A stretch of DNA of 64,000 bases, taken from the NCBI GenBank assembly GCA_964270895.1, contig OZ185441.1; one strand, written 5' to 3'. Each line of letters opens with the position of its first letter. Position 1 is the first letter of the stretch. Positions 51,901 through 63,800 of this stretch are shown in pieces. Below the pieces are notes generated by a model that was not told the origin of the DNA, ran no database searches, and worked only from the letters and a program-made list of their open reading frames with translations. The position numbers and the translations under genes are program-made. The DNA is from Podarcis filfolensis (Eukaryota).

Positions 51901-53743
51901 GTACGCTTTCAAAAGTTTCTCTCTCACACTTACGCAGTCATACTATGCACAGACCTCCACATAGTTGCTTCAAATCAAACTAAATCATACAGCTGTAGAA
52001 CATTCTTAGAATTTGTATTCTCAATGGAAGGTGTTTGTGAACACTGGGGGCTTCTCAGCTTCCAGTCCTTCCAGAATAGCATCATTTCTGTTTGTCTGGG
52101 GTGTCTAATAGGCAATTTGTGCTAATTGGGGATAACATTCTGCATTGCTTGCAGTTTTGTGTATTAATATGTATTGTTGCGTATCTCTGCTTGTTCCACT
52201 TGCCATAAACCAGTAGTTTGCCTACCTGCCAAACCCCTTCCCCCCCCCCACCTGGCCATTCCCTCATTCCTTTAAATCTCACTCACCCCTTGCCTGTCTC
52301 CTTACAGCTCGCCCCAAGTCCCACCCCCTTTTAAAGGAGGGGAGAGATGCTTCTATTTTCTCTGAAGTGTCTTCCTCCCTTCTGTTAAACCTTGGTGCAG
52401 CTGTGTTTAGCAAACAGAGGGAGGTGCTTCACAGAGCAATTTGCTTGCACAGCTGCCTACCTGCTGTTCTGTTGTCACACTGGAGTTGGTGTGCCCTGCT
52501 ATTGGCAGCCATGCAAACTGCCAGGTGGCAACAGCCTTACATTTTGATGTGTATAGGAAAGAAGAGCCTGTTGCACAGTAATATAGTTACTCTTGAGTAT
52601 CCAGGATTGTATATGTGCTATGGAGAGGAAGACTTTCCAAACTACTGGTTTATGGGTGGAATTCAACATGGTGCTCTTCCAATCATTCTGTTTGCACAAG
52701 CATTCCAGCTTGCCTGATTGAACAGTGTTCAGGAAGGTTTTCCTGACCCCCTAGAAGTCCTTGTGCAGGGTTTCTGTTGGTGGGGGCTGTTAGGTGAATC
52801 CCACCCTATTTGTTTATAAGTTGTATAGGAACTGTAGAGGATTAAAAGAACCTTAATAATTAACAGCCATGTTATAATTATACCAAAATTAGCACAAAAA
52901 CCCAAATGGAAAACCAGCACAATCAAATACAATATATAGCATATAACTATAGCAGCCATTAAATATGTTTAGTACATTAAAGCATCAACCATATCGCAGA
53001 GACTTAAAGGCAGGTCTTAAAGGCTTGTAGAACAGAAAAATATTAACATGGAATTGAAAAGACGACACAAGACAGGCTTCACTGGGAAGAACATTCTATA
53101 ATTGGAGTCTGCCCAATAGAAATGGCCCTTCGTGTCTACTCTGAGCTTTAGTTGCGTATGTACTGATGGGCATTCTGGAGCCCACAGGCACAGTGTTGGT
53201 GACCGCTACCTTACAGTACAGTAGGTAAATGTGCTGTTAGGCATGAAGGTCTGTTAGGTCCAATGTCCCAATTTACATAATATCTTGTGGGCAGGACCAG
53301 ATTTATTATGATAGAAGAGGGATTTAATTGGTAAGGAAAGCAGTGTAAACATTAATTTGGATGGGAAAATTTAGGAACTGCCCTGGCTTCTGTTCGCTAG
53401 AATGTTCACAAATTTTCAACAATATGCTGGTAACAAATAAATGAATCTTATCTCGTTAGGCAGCTTCTAAAAGAGGCAGATAGGTGCTAAAATGTGCTTT
53501 TATATTATGTGATGAATGTAAAAAAATAATAATGTAGGGTTGACACAGATACATTATTCTCATGTAGAACATGAGTTGGTTAGTCTATGCTCAGGAGCCT
53601 CTTAGAGGTGGTGTAGAATTCTGTAGATAATATCTGCATAACAGTAGCATTGTACTCATTAGTTACTAGAAATAAAATTGCTACTGATCTGTAAACCTGT
53701 TTCTCTGCTACCATTTTCTGTAAATTGCCATGTCTCTCCTTAG

Positions 53744-53908
53744 GGCCTTCCAATTTCCATGTATGGAGGCACTATTATACCGTCTCATCCTCAGCTAGCT
53801 GATGGACCAGGTGGGCCTCTCTTCAATGGACTGCATACTCCAGATCCAGCATGGAATCCTATGATAAAGGTTGTCCAAAATTCAACAGAATGTACCGATG
53901 CTCAGCAG
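53744..53908 (+). CDS. ANKHD1: ANKHD1 penultimate exon (GLPISMYGGTIIPSHP...TECTDAQQ)
   Basis: tag|GGC ... CAG CAG|gtgcag; 165 nt. Confidence 0.96.
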
Positions 53909-54211
53909 GTGCAGTAATTAATGCTTTTTGTACTATTAAATTTTCAAACATCTGCCTTAAATAATATAATTGAATTTTTGTAAGAGTACTAGGAGTGTCT
54001 TCATTCTTCCATCCTAATGTTACATTTTCCTTAAGTGTACTTCAAAATGGAGTCTTGGTGGGATAGCTGATCATTAAATCTGGGTTTTGGGGCCAAGCTT
54101 TAGTCAGCTAGAACTTGGTTTTTTGCACCACTTGATTCTGTAGGTCTTTGTATAGTGGTGTTGGAGCCATACTCTGAAATTAACTATTTTGTGATGTTTC
54201 TCCTCCTGTAG

Positions 54212-54271
54212 ATTTGGCCTGGCACCTGGGCGCCTCACATTGGAAACATGCACCTCAAATACGTCAACTGA
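54212..54271 (+). CDS. ANKHD1: ANKHD1 terminal coding exon (IWPGTWAPHIGNMHLKYVN*)
   Basis: tag|ATT TGG ... AAC TGA (54269-54271). This C-terminus is ANKHD1-specific and differs from ANKRD17. Confidence 0.97.
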   Translation: MWPGTWAPHIGNMHLKYVN

Positions 54272-54709
54272 TTTAGGAGGGCCTACCTTTTTCTTTCCTT
54301 TTCTTTTTTTTAAGCCTTGTTTGGAGAAACATATGACCTTGGAAGAACTTGGGAATTTTTTTAATGTGCCTAACTAAGCAATTTTTCTGCGGGCTATAAC
54401 AAGAGAAACTTGTTTGCCCATTGTGTAAGAACAAAATGAGTTACCTATTCAACTGATTCTGTTCTCCAGTTAGTTTAGCCATTTTGAACTCAAAATCGGA
54501 TGAACCTAGTGCTTTTGGCTAAACACTACTGAATGCTACTTGTATGCAGCAGAGAACTAGATGAGTACATGATTTCAACCTTTTAGGGTGATAAATACAT
54601 GTATAATTGTTTACATACTTAAAAGGAAAAACGTTGAGTAAATTTCATGTCGTATAGTGGCTCTACTTTATGTAGCCTGTATTAATGTGAAATATTTACC
54701 TGAATATTC

Positions 54710-54715
54710 AATAAA
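54710..54715 (+). terminator. ANKHD1: Probable ANKHD1 polyadenylation signal
   Basis: AATAAA about 440 nt after the stop, followed by a GT-rich tract (gttttgtgt). Confidence 0.7.
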
Positions 54716-56921
54716 AAGATGAACATTATAAGTTTTGTGTAATGATCTTAATGAAATCAGTTGCAAGATTGTACCGTTGGATTGGTACTGTCAGTAATTT
54801 TTAGATCATTAATAGATTCTCAGCACCTTCGAAAACTGTTGTAGTATATACAACACTGTTTCCAGTACTATTAGCTGTTCTGGTATTTGATAGAAAGTCA
54901 GAGAAATCTAGAATATGGTTGAATCACTGGACGGCCATGGTGGCTGACTCCTCAGCACTATAGCCAAGGGTAGCTTTATTCAGCGGACACAGTCTACCAG
55001 GTTGTGTTAAAGTAGGTACTCAGAAATCTAACACAGAACAAACCAACCAAAGAATCATCAGCAGGTGTTAAGAGTACATATAACAACACATCAAGCTCCT
55101 TCACTTAAGTAACAGATTCATATTTAAGTACACATTCCATACCAACCTAAGGTATCTATACCCAACATATACCTCAGAACTAAAATTAAATTATCTTTAA
55201 ACATGGAAAATTCTTCTCTGACTTCAACTCTCAAAAATGGACTTGCAGAGTTACGAGATGCTATGCCAAAGCCATGTTTCTTCCTTGGGAAGTAGGTGAC
55301 TTTACTGTGCTGGTGCCCTAAGTCATATTTCATAGCGATGCTCTAAAACTGGCTGCTTTAATATGAAACCTCAACATCAGTTAATTAACTTGTCACACAG
55401 CTTGTCGTATTTCTGGATTTGGAAGAGCTTGCCATGCAGAAGCAGAAATACTAAGTTGTGTTTGGCTGGAGTGCACAGAAGAAAGTTAATTTGTTTCCAA
55501 CACAACGAGGCTTGCCAGCAGGCAAACACACTCATCTCCTTCACAATGTGGCCCAGTAGTGAAACTAGTTGCTGACTAGGGAAAAGGCAGCTCATCACCT
55601 AAATAGTGCAAGGCTGCAGATGATACACTGGTGCACTTAGTCTTTTGGTAACCAATGATGAGTATGATGTAGGACTCTGTGTATAATAATCAAATTTATT
55701 GTGGGCAGATACAGTCAGTAAGTTCTCCAAATGCTCAGGATGTAGAGAAGATTTGGGAATCTGTAATTCTATGTAGTAGTTCAATTGCCAAGCTCACCCA
55801 GTGAGCTTAATACTTGAAAGGGGTTTTGAACTAAGATCTTCCTGTTCAGATCCTGCCCCCTAGAGCATCGGTAGGGAACCTTTTTGGCCTGGCAGGCCAT
55901 ATCTCTGTAACTTCCCTACCCCGTGGCCAACTTTAACAGATGGGCAGAGCCACCCACCTGCCAAGGTTAACCCACAGGAAATACACATGCTAATCAGTCA
56001 GCTGATGGACAGGTAGACATGGTTCAATGGGGTTTTTGTTAATCCAAATACTGCAATATGTAAAGTGAATTGAGAGTAGATTCCCATTTATAGAAGTGTG
56101 ATCTCAGCTGCCAAATCTGGTCACCTTATGACATCGAAGTTCCAAGATACATCAGTAACTTTTTGCACATTGTTCCAGCCTGCCTGAACACACAAAATTC
56201 CCAAGTGAAGAAAGAGTCTTGCTATTTTGCAGGGTTTGAACGTTACATTCAGCAGGTGTAAATTTTGAGGAAGAGATGTTTACCTGTCCTTTACAAGTGC
56301 AAAACACATAAGAAAATAGTAGTTTAGGGTTTTTTTTAATCCCCACTGCACCCAAAATTCCTGGGTTGGAAGCAAGTCTGGCTTCCTTCATTTCTGGTAC
56401 ACATGACTAGGAATGTAGCCTGTACAAACTCAGCTGGGAGTGTACCCTGTGGAATGTATGTTATTAGGACAAAGACTAGCCTCTGGTGGCAGCAAGAGCA
56501 GCACATTCCTCCCTTTGTGAGAGTTTTGTTAAAGAGTGATTAAATGGAGGACATGGATGTTTATAACCAGCCTTAGGAGCAAGATTTTGACACACACTTC
56601 TCATTTTCAGGGCTGTACCATGTGCATTTGTTAGTGTCTGTCTGGTTGCATTATTCTGATAGTCTGTCCAAGTTGTGTTTGTCTAGCAGCTCGTCTAGCA
56701 CCACCTCGGGGTGGTGGAGGGAATTCCACTACAATGCTGTTAGTGAATCTTTATGGTATCAAGGAAAAAAATCCTTAAAGCTAACAGTGACAAAATTGTT
56801 TGGTACAAATTGCAAAATGACCTTAATCAAGGGCTTTCACCTCAGTCTTTTATAACCAACAATCCACTGCTAATGGATAAATCTCCACACCATACATAAT
56901 TTTATAAAACACTATCCTATA

Positions 56922-56966
<45 letters not shown>
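56922..56966. repeat. (ATT)15 microsatellite at the tail of a minus-strand L2 3' end (about 56967-57115)
   Basis: Fifteen units, followed by atttataccccacccatctggctg...ccagccactctgggcggcttcca, the reverse complement of the L2-type tail also seen at about 38915 and 34600. Confidence 0.85.
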
Positions 56967-56973
<7 letters not shown>

Positions 56974-57699
56974 TATACCCCACCCATCTGGCTGTGTTTC
57001 CCCAGCCACTCTGGGCGGCTTCCAACTGAATATTAAAAACAGTACAGCATCAGACATTTAAAACTTCTCTAAAGAGGGCTTCCTTCAGTTGTCTTTTAAA
57101 AGTAAAATAGTTGTTATGCTACAAACATAGCCTTTCTTAGTAGGAAAGGTACTCCAGGTCCCCATTCATTTTTATTACCCTACAATACCATGTGATGGGC
57201 TTGTCAGAATTGTGCAAAGTATTCCAAGTGTGTCTGCACTGCAACTACATATTAGGACATTACAATACTGACAGTTGTCTTTTAGTCCTCTTATAATCAA
57301 AGCTACCACATATATCCAACATTAGCCAGAAGTAAGACTAATTTTGGATGTTACCAAGTATCTCTTTGATGGGGAGAATATTTTTATTATTCATGAAAGA
57401 AGATAGAATACAGAAAAGAAAAATACAGCTAATAGCCTTTGAATACATTAGGACAATTCACAAATTACAAATCATATCCATAAATTAAAATATTGGAAGT
57501 CAGAAGGATTTTACAGCATCAGAGTATCGATCAGAGTTCACAACTATATCTCTGTATCTCGGTATTTAGAGATCTTCTGAAGAAAAACTTTTAATATCCA
57601 TATTGTGTGGTGCTGGTAACAAGTTCTAGACGTTGGTGTATTGTACTAGGATCACGTGGCTGTTGCATGAAGAAAAAAATCTTCCAAACCGGGGAGGGG

Positions 57700-58140
57700 G
57701 GGGGGGAGTTATTTAAGTGTCTGCTTAATCCAAGCTGATAGTTCGATTTCTATGATATGGCCATACTTGGTCATATATTTTTCTTTGCTTACACCTAGAT
57801 AGTTTCAATATCTTGATATTCGCATTCTTGCAGTTTAAGTATCTTATTTGTAAATATCTTTCCATTGGTCTGGGGGCCATTCCCAAAGAGCCACGGTGGG
57901 GATTGGCTATGAGTTTTGTTTTGTGATCAGATTTCTGCAAACACAACTTCCCAAAATTCTGCTGCCCAACACTCGTGCCAGATGAGCATATGTATGCCTT
58001 TTACTTTCTTGTATCTCCAGCATCACAGAGAGATTGTTGTTGTTGTAAGATAGAGCTGCAAGTGTACAGTACCATCTCAAGGCCATTTTTAACAGGGCCT
58101 CTTGGGTGTGGGCTGAGATCAAGGGAATGGAGACTGAAAA
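57700..58140 (-). mobile_element. L1/Tx1-like ORF2 C-terminal remnant
   Basis: Minus strand gives KMALRWYCTLAAL and then, in a shifted frame, CWRYKKVKGIHMLIWH. This resembles the RWY.TP...CWKC...GT..H.WW.C cysteine-rich tail. Confidence 0.5.
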
Positions 58141-58562
58141 CCAAATGTTTCCCTAACCTGAGGTGTCTATTTTGCTAACTTTTCCCAGCACCCTTGGAAC
58201 ACCTGAGTCTGAGTCTAGCCCAGCCAATAGCCTATAATGTATGAATTTGGGAAACATGCTGTGGCATTGGTATTGTGGGTAAAAATCATTTGCTCAGAGG
58301 CAGCCAAGTACCTTTTTTACTGCAGCATCATATGTTGTTGGCCTTTCTTGAGTAGACCTAGCAGTCACACTAATTTCAGTGGGCCTACTCTGAGTAAAAT
58401 CTATTTGACTACTACCCAAAGATGGTTTTAAAACCATTAAAATTGAAAATAATCATGCTAATAGATTAAAACTAAATACCAGTACACAAACAAGAGCCAA
58501 TCAAATGTAATGCTGCCAAAAGCTAAAGCATTTTTAAGTGGTACCTAAAACTTACCTTTGGG

Positions 58563-58695
58563 AAGGACCATAGCTCAATGGTAGAACATACGTTCTGCAT
58601 GCAGAAGGTCCAGGTTTTGCCTCCAACATTTCTACATAAGGCTAAGAAAGCTCTGTTTGAACCCTGGAGAACTCCCTGACTATTAGTATAGAGCC
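58563..58695 (+). mobile_element. Degenerate tRNA-headed SINE (Squam3-like)
   Basis: tagctcaatggtagaacatacgttctgcatgcagaaggtccagg...accctggagaactcc: pol III A/B-box-like head plus SINE body. Confidence 0.6.
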
Positions 58696-59235
58696 TACAT
58701 TGAGAAACTACAGGTGGTGGTCTAAAGTTTGAGACCCACCGAAGAAAAAATCCCTTCTGTGGCCACCCACCTTTCCTGTATGGTCTTTTAATATATGGGT
58801 ATGGTTGTATTTTTATTCTACATAAAGTATGAGTCCTTATATTTAAAACAAACTACACTAGGATTCTAGCAGTTTATTATTTTTATGCACAATTTTGACC
58901 AAGCTCTCCAGCTTTCTCCTCTCAGCCCTGAGGCAGATTAGAGCTAGTGAAGGAGCCCAAGGTCACCCAGTGAGCTTCATGGCTAGTCCAGTGCTCCATG
59001 TTTGCCCTACACTGACTTGCAGTTTGACTCCTTTGGACACTATATTTGTAGAGCAAATTGCCTCTAGTAGGTAAGAAACCAAGGCATGGCAGCTGAATCT
59101 AAAACATTGGGAAGTAAATCACTGAATACAATTGTTATTGTTTTTCAGTGTTGGTGTTGCAGTGTTGGGAGGTTGTTTTTAGAACACTTGAGATAAGAGG
59201 AGCAAAATCATAGGGCAACCCACATGTGAAAACCC

Positions 59236-59921
59236 ACTACATGTGAAAAGGATCTAGGAGTCTTGGTTGACCACAAACTTGACATGAGCCAACAGTGTGA
59301 CGCGGCAGCTAAAAAAGCCAATGCAATTCTGGGCTGCATCAACAGGAGTATAGCATCTAGATCAAGGGAAGTAATAGTGCCACTGTATTCTGCTCTGGTC
59401 AGACCTCACCTGGAGTACTGTGTCCAGTTCTGGGCACCACAGTTCAAGAAGGACACTGACAAACTGGAACGTGTCCAGAGGAGGGCAACCAAAATGGTCA
59501 AAGGCCTGGAAACGATGCCTTATGAGGAACGGCTAAGGGAGCTGGGCATGTTTAGCCTGGAGAAGAGGAGGTTAAGGGGTGATATGATAGCCATGTTCAA
59601 ATATATAAAAGGATGTCACATAGAGGAGGGAGAAAGGTTGTTTTCTGCTGCTCCAGAGAAGCGGACACGGAGCAATGGATCCAAACTACAAGAAAGAAGA
59701 TTCCACCTAAACATTAGGAAGAACTTCCTGACAGTAAGAGCTGTTCGACAGTGGAATTTGCTGCCAAGGTGTGTGGTGGAGTCTCCTTCTTTGGAGGTCT
59801 TTAAGCAGAGGCTTGACAACCATATGTCAGGAGTGCTCTGATGGTGCTTCCTGCTTGGCAGGGGGTTGGACTCGATGGCCCTTGTGGTCTCTTCCAACTC
59901 TATGATTCTATGATTCTATGA
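59236..59921 (+). mobile_element. Young 5'-truncated CR1 LINE
   Basis: Uninterrupted ORF2 C-terminus of about 190 aa ([26 protein letters not shown]) to the stop at 59841, then the CR1 3' UTR and an (ATTCTATG)n terminus. Confidence 0.95.
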
Positions 59922-59971
59922 ACCCTTGGTCACAACTCCATGGGTTAGTCTGGAGCTAAACAATGAGTCTG

Positions 59972-60103
59972 GGTTCAGACAACACACTAAGCCAAACTAT
60001 GGCTTAGCTCAGCATGGCAGAAGAGAAAAGTGGCTGCTGTCTCTTCTCCTAGAGCCCACATGCTCATACTACGCCATGGTTTGGTTTAGCATAATGTGTG
60101 AAT
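59972..60103. mobile_element. Palindromic MITE-like element (family not assigned)
   Basis: GGTTCAGACAACACACTAAGCCAAACTATGG ... CCATGGTTTGGTTTAGCATAATGTGTGAATC imperfect inverted termini. Related pieces occur near 6105 and 27100. Confidence 0.5.
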
Positions 60104-60371
60104 CATGCCAACATGTAGACTGTTGGCAATGTCCAGTACAGCCTAGACGGAGGATGCAGACTTGACACCTTGCTTCTGAGGTGTCGTTGGCTTCTAGCTG
60201 CTGTTATGCTTGTGTACAGCAAGACATTTAAGAGGCCCATTTGCAGCCAACAGCTGGAAGCTGGGAACTCATTTAATATGTGTATTATACAAGTTAAGAT
60301 ACAATACTTGTTTCTAAGAATTAGCAAAATTAAGGTAGCAACATAAGCCTTAACTTATAGATGCTGTCAAT

Positions 60372-60505
60372 GAGCTGTCGTAGCTCAGTCGGTAGAGCGT
60401 GAGATGCTTAGAATCATAGAATCATAGAGTTGGAAGAGACCACAAGGGCCATCGAGTCCAACCCCCTGCTTAATATCAGGGTTCTGGGTTTGAGCCCCAT
60501 GTGAG
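60372..60505 (+). pseudogene. tRNA-Lys(CTT)-derived SINE head or pseudogene interrupted by an antisense CR1 3' end
   Basis: Removing the insert restores TAGCTCAGTCGGTAGAGCGTGAGATGCTTAATATCAGGGTTCTGGGTTTGAGCCCCAT, very close to vertebrate tRNA-Lys-CTT. The acceptor stem is degenerate. Confidence 0.85.
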
Positions 60506-60959
60506 ATAAAGGGGAAATAAAGTGTAATGTTACCTTGAAATTGTGTACACAGTATTCCATTTTTTAAAAAAAACAACCCCACAAAAACTTATAGATTCTG
60601 TCAGCCGATCAGAAGGATCATTGCTGAATAACAGTAACTCCCCACCCAAAGGTTAATGGAATGTTACTATTGAATTACTATAGTAACCTTCAATAGTTGC
60701 CACAATGGAAAAATTACTTCCAGAATTAAACTGCAGTGTTTAAGACTGAAAGAAGCAGGATGCACAGCAACTGTTGTCATCATATTCTCCACGCTGCCCC
60801 AAGGGCATGTGGAAAGAACATCACAGTGGGAACTGGTTGAATGGAAGCCAGTAGAGGGTTACAGTAAAAAAAATTATAGCAGCACAATATCCTCTCTACA
60901 ACGAAGACATTGCAGTAAAAAATATTTCCTTTAAAATAAAATAGAAATAGCATCTATCC

Positions 60960-61208
60960 CAGGAGTCAGCAAACTTTTTCAGCAGGGGGCCGGTCCGCTG
61001 TCCCTCAGTCCTTGTGGGGGGCCAGACTATATTTGGGGGGGGGGAGGAACGAATTCCTGTGCCCCACAAATAACCCAGAGATGCATTTTAAATAAAAGGA
61101 CACATTCTACTCATGTAAAGACATGCTGATTCCTGGACCGTCTGCAGGCCGGATTTAGAAGGCAATTGGGCCAGATCCGACCCCCAGGCCTTAGTTTGCC
61201 TACCCATG
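60960..61208. mobile_element. hAT MITE, 249 bp
   Basis: CAGGAGTCAGCAAACT...AGTTTGCCTACCCATG termini; perfect 8-bp TSD ATCTATCC (60952-60959 and 61209-61216). Confidence 0.88.
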
Positions 61209-61887
61209 ATCTATCCCCTCATTTTGGTTGAATTGCTGAGGACGGAGATGCAATTGCTGGGAAACATGAGACCTCACTTTTGTACAGTCTACGTTTTCCT
61301 AGAAAGATTTGAATGAAAAATACAAGGTACATGCAACCTGATCTGTGGGGGGGGGTACGTTTCAGGTCATCGTGTGCAGTGGTGGAGCATGCACAAGCCC
61401 ACACCTCCCCATTCCACCCCCTTTTCCAGCCACTTCTGGGTTGCTGCAATGCACATGCGTGCAGTCACACGTAAATCGGTCGTTGCCTGTAGATGAAGAC
61501 CAGGAACCTTATGCAGACTGAAATGAACTCCAGAGCAGCAGTAGCTGTAAGTGCAAGCTCTTCGTTTCAGTACCACATGTATCAGTCTGGACTTTCATTG
61601 TACACTTGCATTACAATTGCATCACCAAGTCACTTCCTTCCATTTGTACCAAGTCCAGAAAGGGCTGGCTATTTTTAACCACAGTCACCAATTTCAAATA
61701 GCTGCACAGAATTCTCCGGCTTACTTGAGAGATTCTCCTTAAGCTTTGAGCTTTGGTCAGATTGGCAAAAATTAACATGAGTAGGTCACCAATGCTCAGG
61801 AGATAAAACACCTTCCTCTGCTGCTTAGGAAATCAGTTCCCTGCGGGCCCAGTCTTATACTGCCAACTCCTTGGACTTGGCCTAATC

Positions 61888-62084
61888 TTACTGGCATTCT
61901 GGTTCCAAAGAGGTTTCAACTTTTTGCTCATAATCTTCTGTGGCCAGATCTTCTGTATGCAAGTTTCTTGTTTCTGCAATGAGCCTTTTCACTCCTACCA
62001 TCCACTGGCTCACTTCAGTGACATGGTCCACAATTAGTGAGCGATGGATCTCATCAGCTACATCCCAGTGCCGCTTCTTGAGCT
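61888..62084 (-). CDS. SRA1: SRA1 (steroid receptor RNA activator 1 / SRAP) last coding exon
   Basis: cag|AG CTC ...: [38 protein letters not shown]...PECQ*; stop TAA at 61890-61888. Confidence 0.95.
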
Positions 62085-62345
62085 CTGAAAGTAAAAAGAA
62101 AGCATCTCAGAACTGCAAAAGGTAATGAAAAAGTAGCCCAGTTCAACTGCTTCCCCTGACCTTAGCTCCTAAGTCACTAAAGAATTAAGGAATGCAGATG
62201 TTTGTGGCTCCACAGGCCATGCACATGGACTGCATGCTAATCCTACTGCAGCAGTAGTTCTGCTATAGGAATTATTTAAGGTGGCCAGAGGCTGTAAGAT
62301 AAGAGTTTACAATGAGGAATGTTGCCGCAGAACATTGCTGCTTAC

Positions 62346-62454
62346 CTTGTGTCAGAATCTTCATTCCCTTTCTCACTGGGGCAGAGAGTTTCCCTTGTAC
62401 CCACATCTGCTGCAGGATTCCTAAGCGCTTGCTGATGTCATCACAAACCTGTTT
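62346..62454 (-). CDS. SRA1: SRA1 penultimate coding exon
   Basis: cag|AAA CAG ... CAA G|gtaagc; KQVCDDISKRLGILQQMWVQGKLSAPVRKGMKILTQ; 109 nt. Confidence 0.95.
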
Positions 62455-63591
62455 CTGAAAAAAGCAATTCTTATTAGGAAGCACATCTCGCAAAGGTTAT
62501 GTTTATAACTTCTCACCACAGTCTCCTTGGTCCTCTTAAGACAAAAGGGAATGGCAAAACCCTCATTAGCTTTGAGCTTACAAAAAAGCAAACCCTGGGT
62601 AAAGCTGTTCACCTGCCTTCATTTTCATCCTACCAGTTTTATAATTTCACTCTTAATCTCTGCTAAAGCAATAGCTATACCTAAGATTTGTCACTGCAGA
62701 CATCGTGCCAAACCATAGTTCAATATGATGTCCTGGTTAAACCATCTATTTTCAGAGCCTGGCACAGTCTCTAGCTCACTGTGGATACCATCTTTTCAAC
62801 ACAGCCTGACACATTAATCAAGCCCTCATTGCAAGAAGTCCACAACAACAGAGCTCCAATTTTAAATAATATCTAGACCTGTTGGAATTCCAGCTACAGA
62901 AAGTCAAAACCATTTCATGTTAGATGCTACACTTAGATGTGATCCACAGTAATGCAAGAGATAGAAGCCTCACTCCATACATTTCTAATGATCAGCACCT
63001 CAGTTTTTTAGGTATTTGGCTTACACGCACATACAGGTGGCTGGAAAACTGCAAACATCTTGCCATCTCATCCTCTTACTTCCCTTTCCCCAGAAGGTCT
63101 CCAGTATCTGGGGATCATTTTGCCTGCGTTTTTGTTTGCTATGTCTTACGTTGTTTTTTTGTGGGGGGTTGCTTGCTATCTTTCTCTCTCTTCTTTTTCT
63201 TCTTTCTGTAGTTACTGGGAGCGTTGTGCCGTTTGTTTATTGGAAGATGTTTTGTCTGGGTTTTTTGCTACCTACTTGCTTGGGTATGCTTGGGGCATGG
63301 GTTGTGGGGGAAGGCGGCCAGCTTTTTTTTTAAAAAAGTGCTTTGTTTTGAGGTGTATATAGGTGTTTTTATTGTTTCATGAGGTTCTGAGCATTGCCAG
63401 TTTTTTCTTCTGTGAAATGGTGCCCATTACACCTTCATTTCCAAATGTGCCCCCACACCCTCTGCTCTAGCTGATCAACTAATCACTTCAGTACAACGAA
63501 GAAGACCACAACTGCTCATACAGAGGCAAAAGAACTTTCTTCCCTCCAAAGTAAAATGGGGAAATCCTGAAAAGGCAGCAATTCTACTTAC

Positions 63592-63800
63592 TGGTACAGA
63601 TCTCCTGCAATTGGCCAGAGCCTCATTCAAGGGGGCAAGAACATCCTCCACATGGCAATCCTCTCCAGCCTCAGTGACCGGTTGGTTTGTGGCATCTACC
63701 CTCACAGAGCGGCCTGGCAAACCAGGAGGAGGAAAGCCCACCGGTGGCGGTGGAACAGCTGACGACGCTGCTGAGCAGGTAGCACTTTCTGGACCAGGTG
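63592..63800 (-). CDS. SRA1: SRA1 proline-rich exon
   Basis: tag|CA CCT ... GTA CCA|gtaagt; APGPES...PPPPVGFPPPG...VEDVLAPLNEALANCRRSVP; 209 nt. Upstream exons lie beyond the window. Confidence 0.9.

Noticed and set aside
11374-54271. Alternative identification as the paralogue ANKRD17
   Set aside because: The C-terminus IWPGTWAPHIGNMHLKYVN and the adjacent SRA1 both indicate ANKHD1.
56127-56143. TATGACATCGAAGTTCC, loosely like 4E-BP YDRKF codons
   Set aside because: It needs two indels and lies upstream of the putative exon-1 trace, i.e. in the wrong order.
57927-57953. QISANTTSQ, loosely like 4E-BP3 QIPGVTTPP
   Set aside because: Flanks do not match, and it falls inside a minus-strand L1-like remnant.
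58563-58640. tRNA-like sequence as a functional tRNA gene
   Set aside because: Stems and B box are degenerate and it continues into a SINE body; treated as a SINE.
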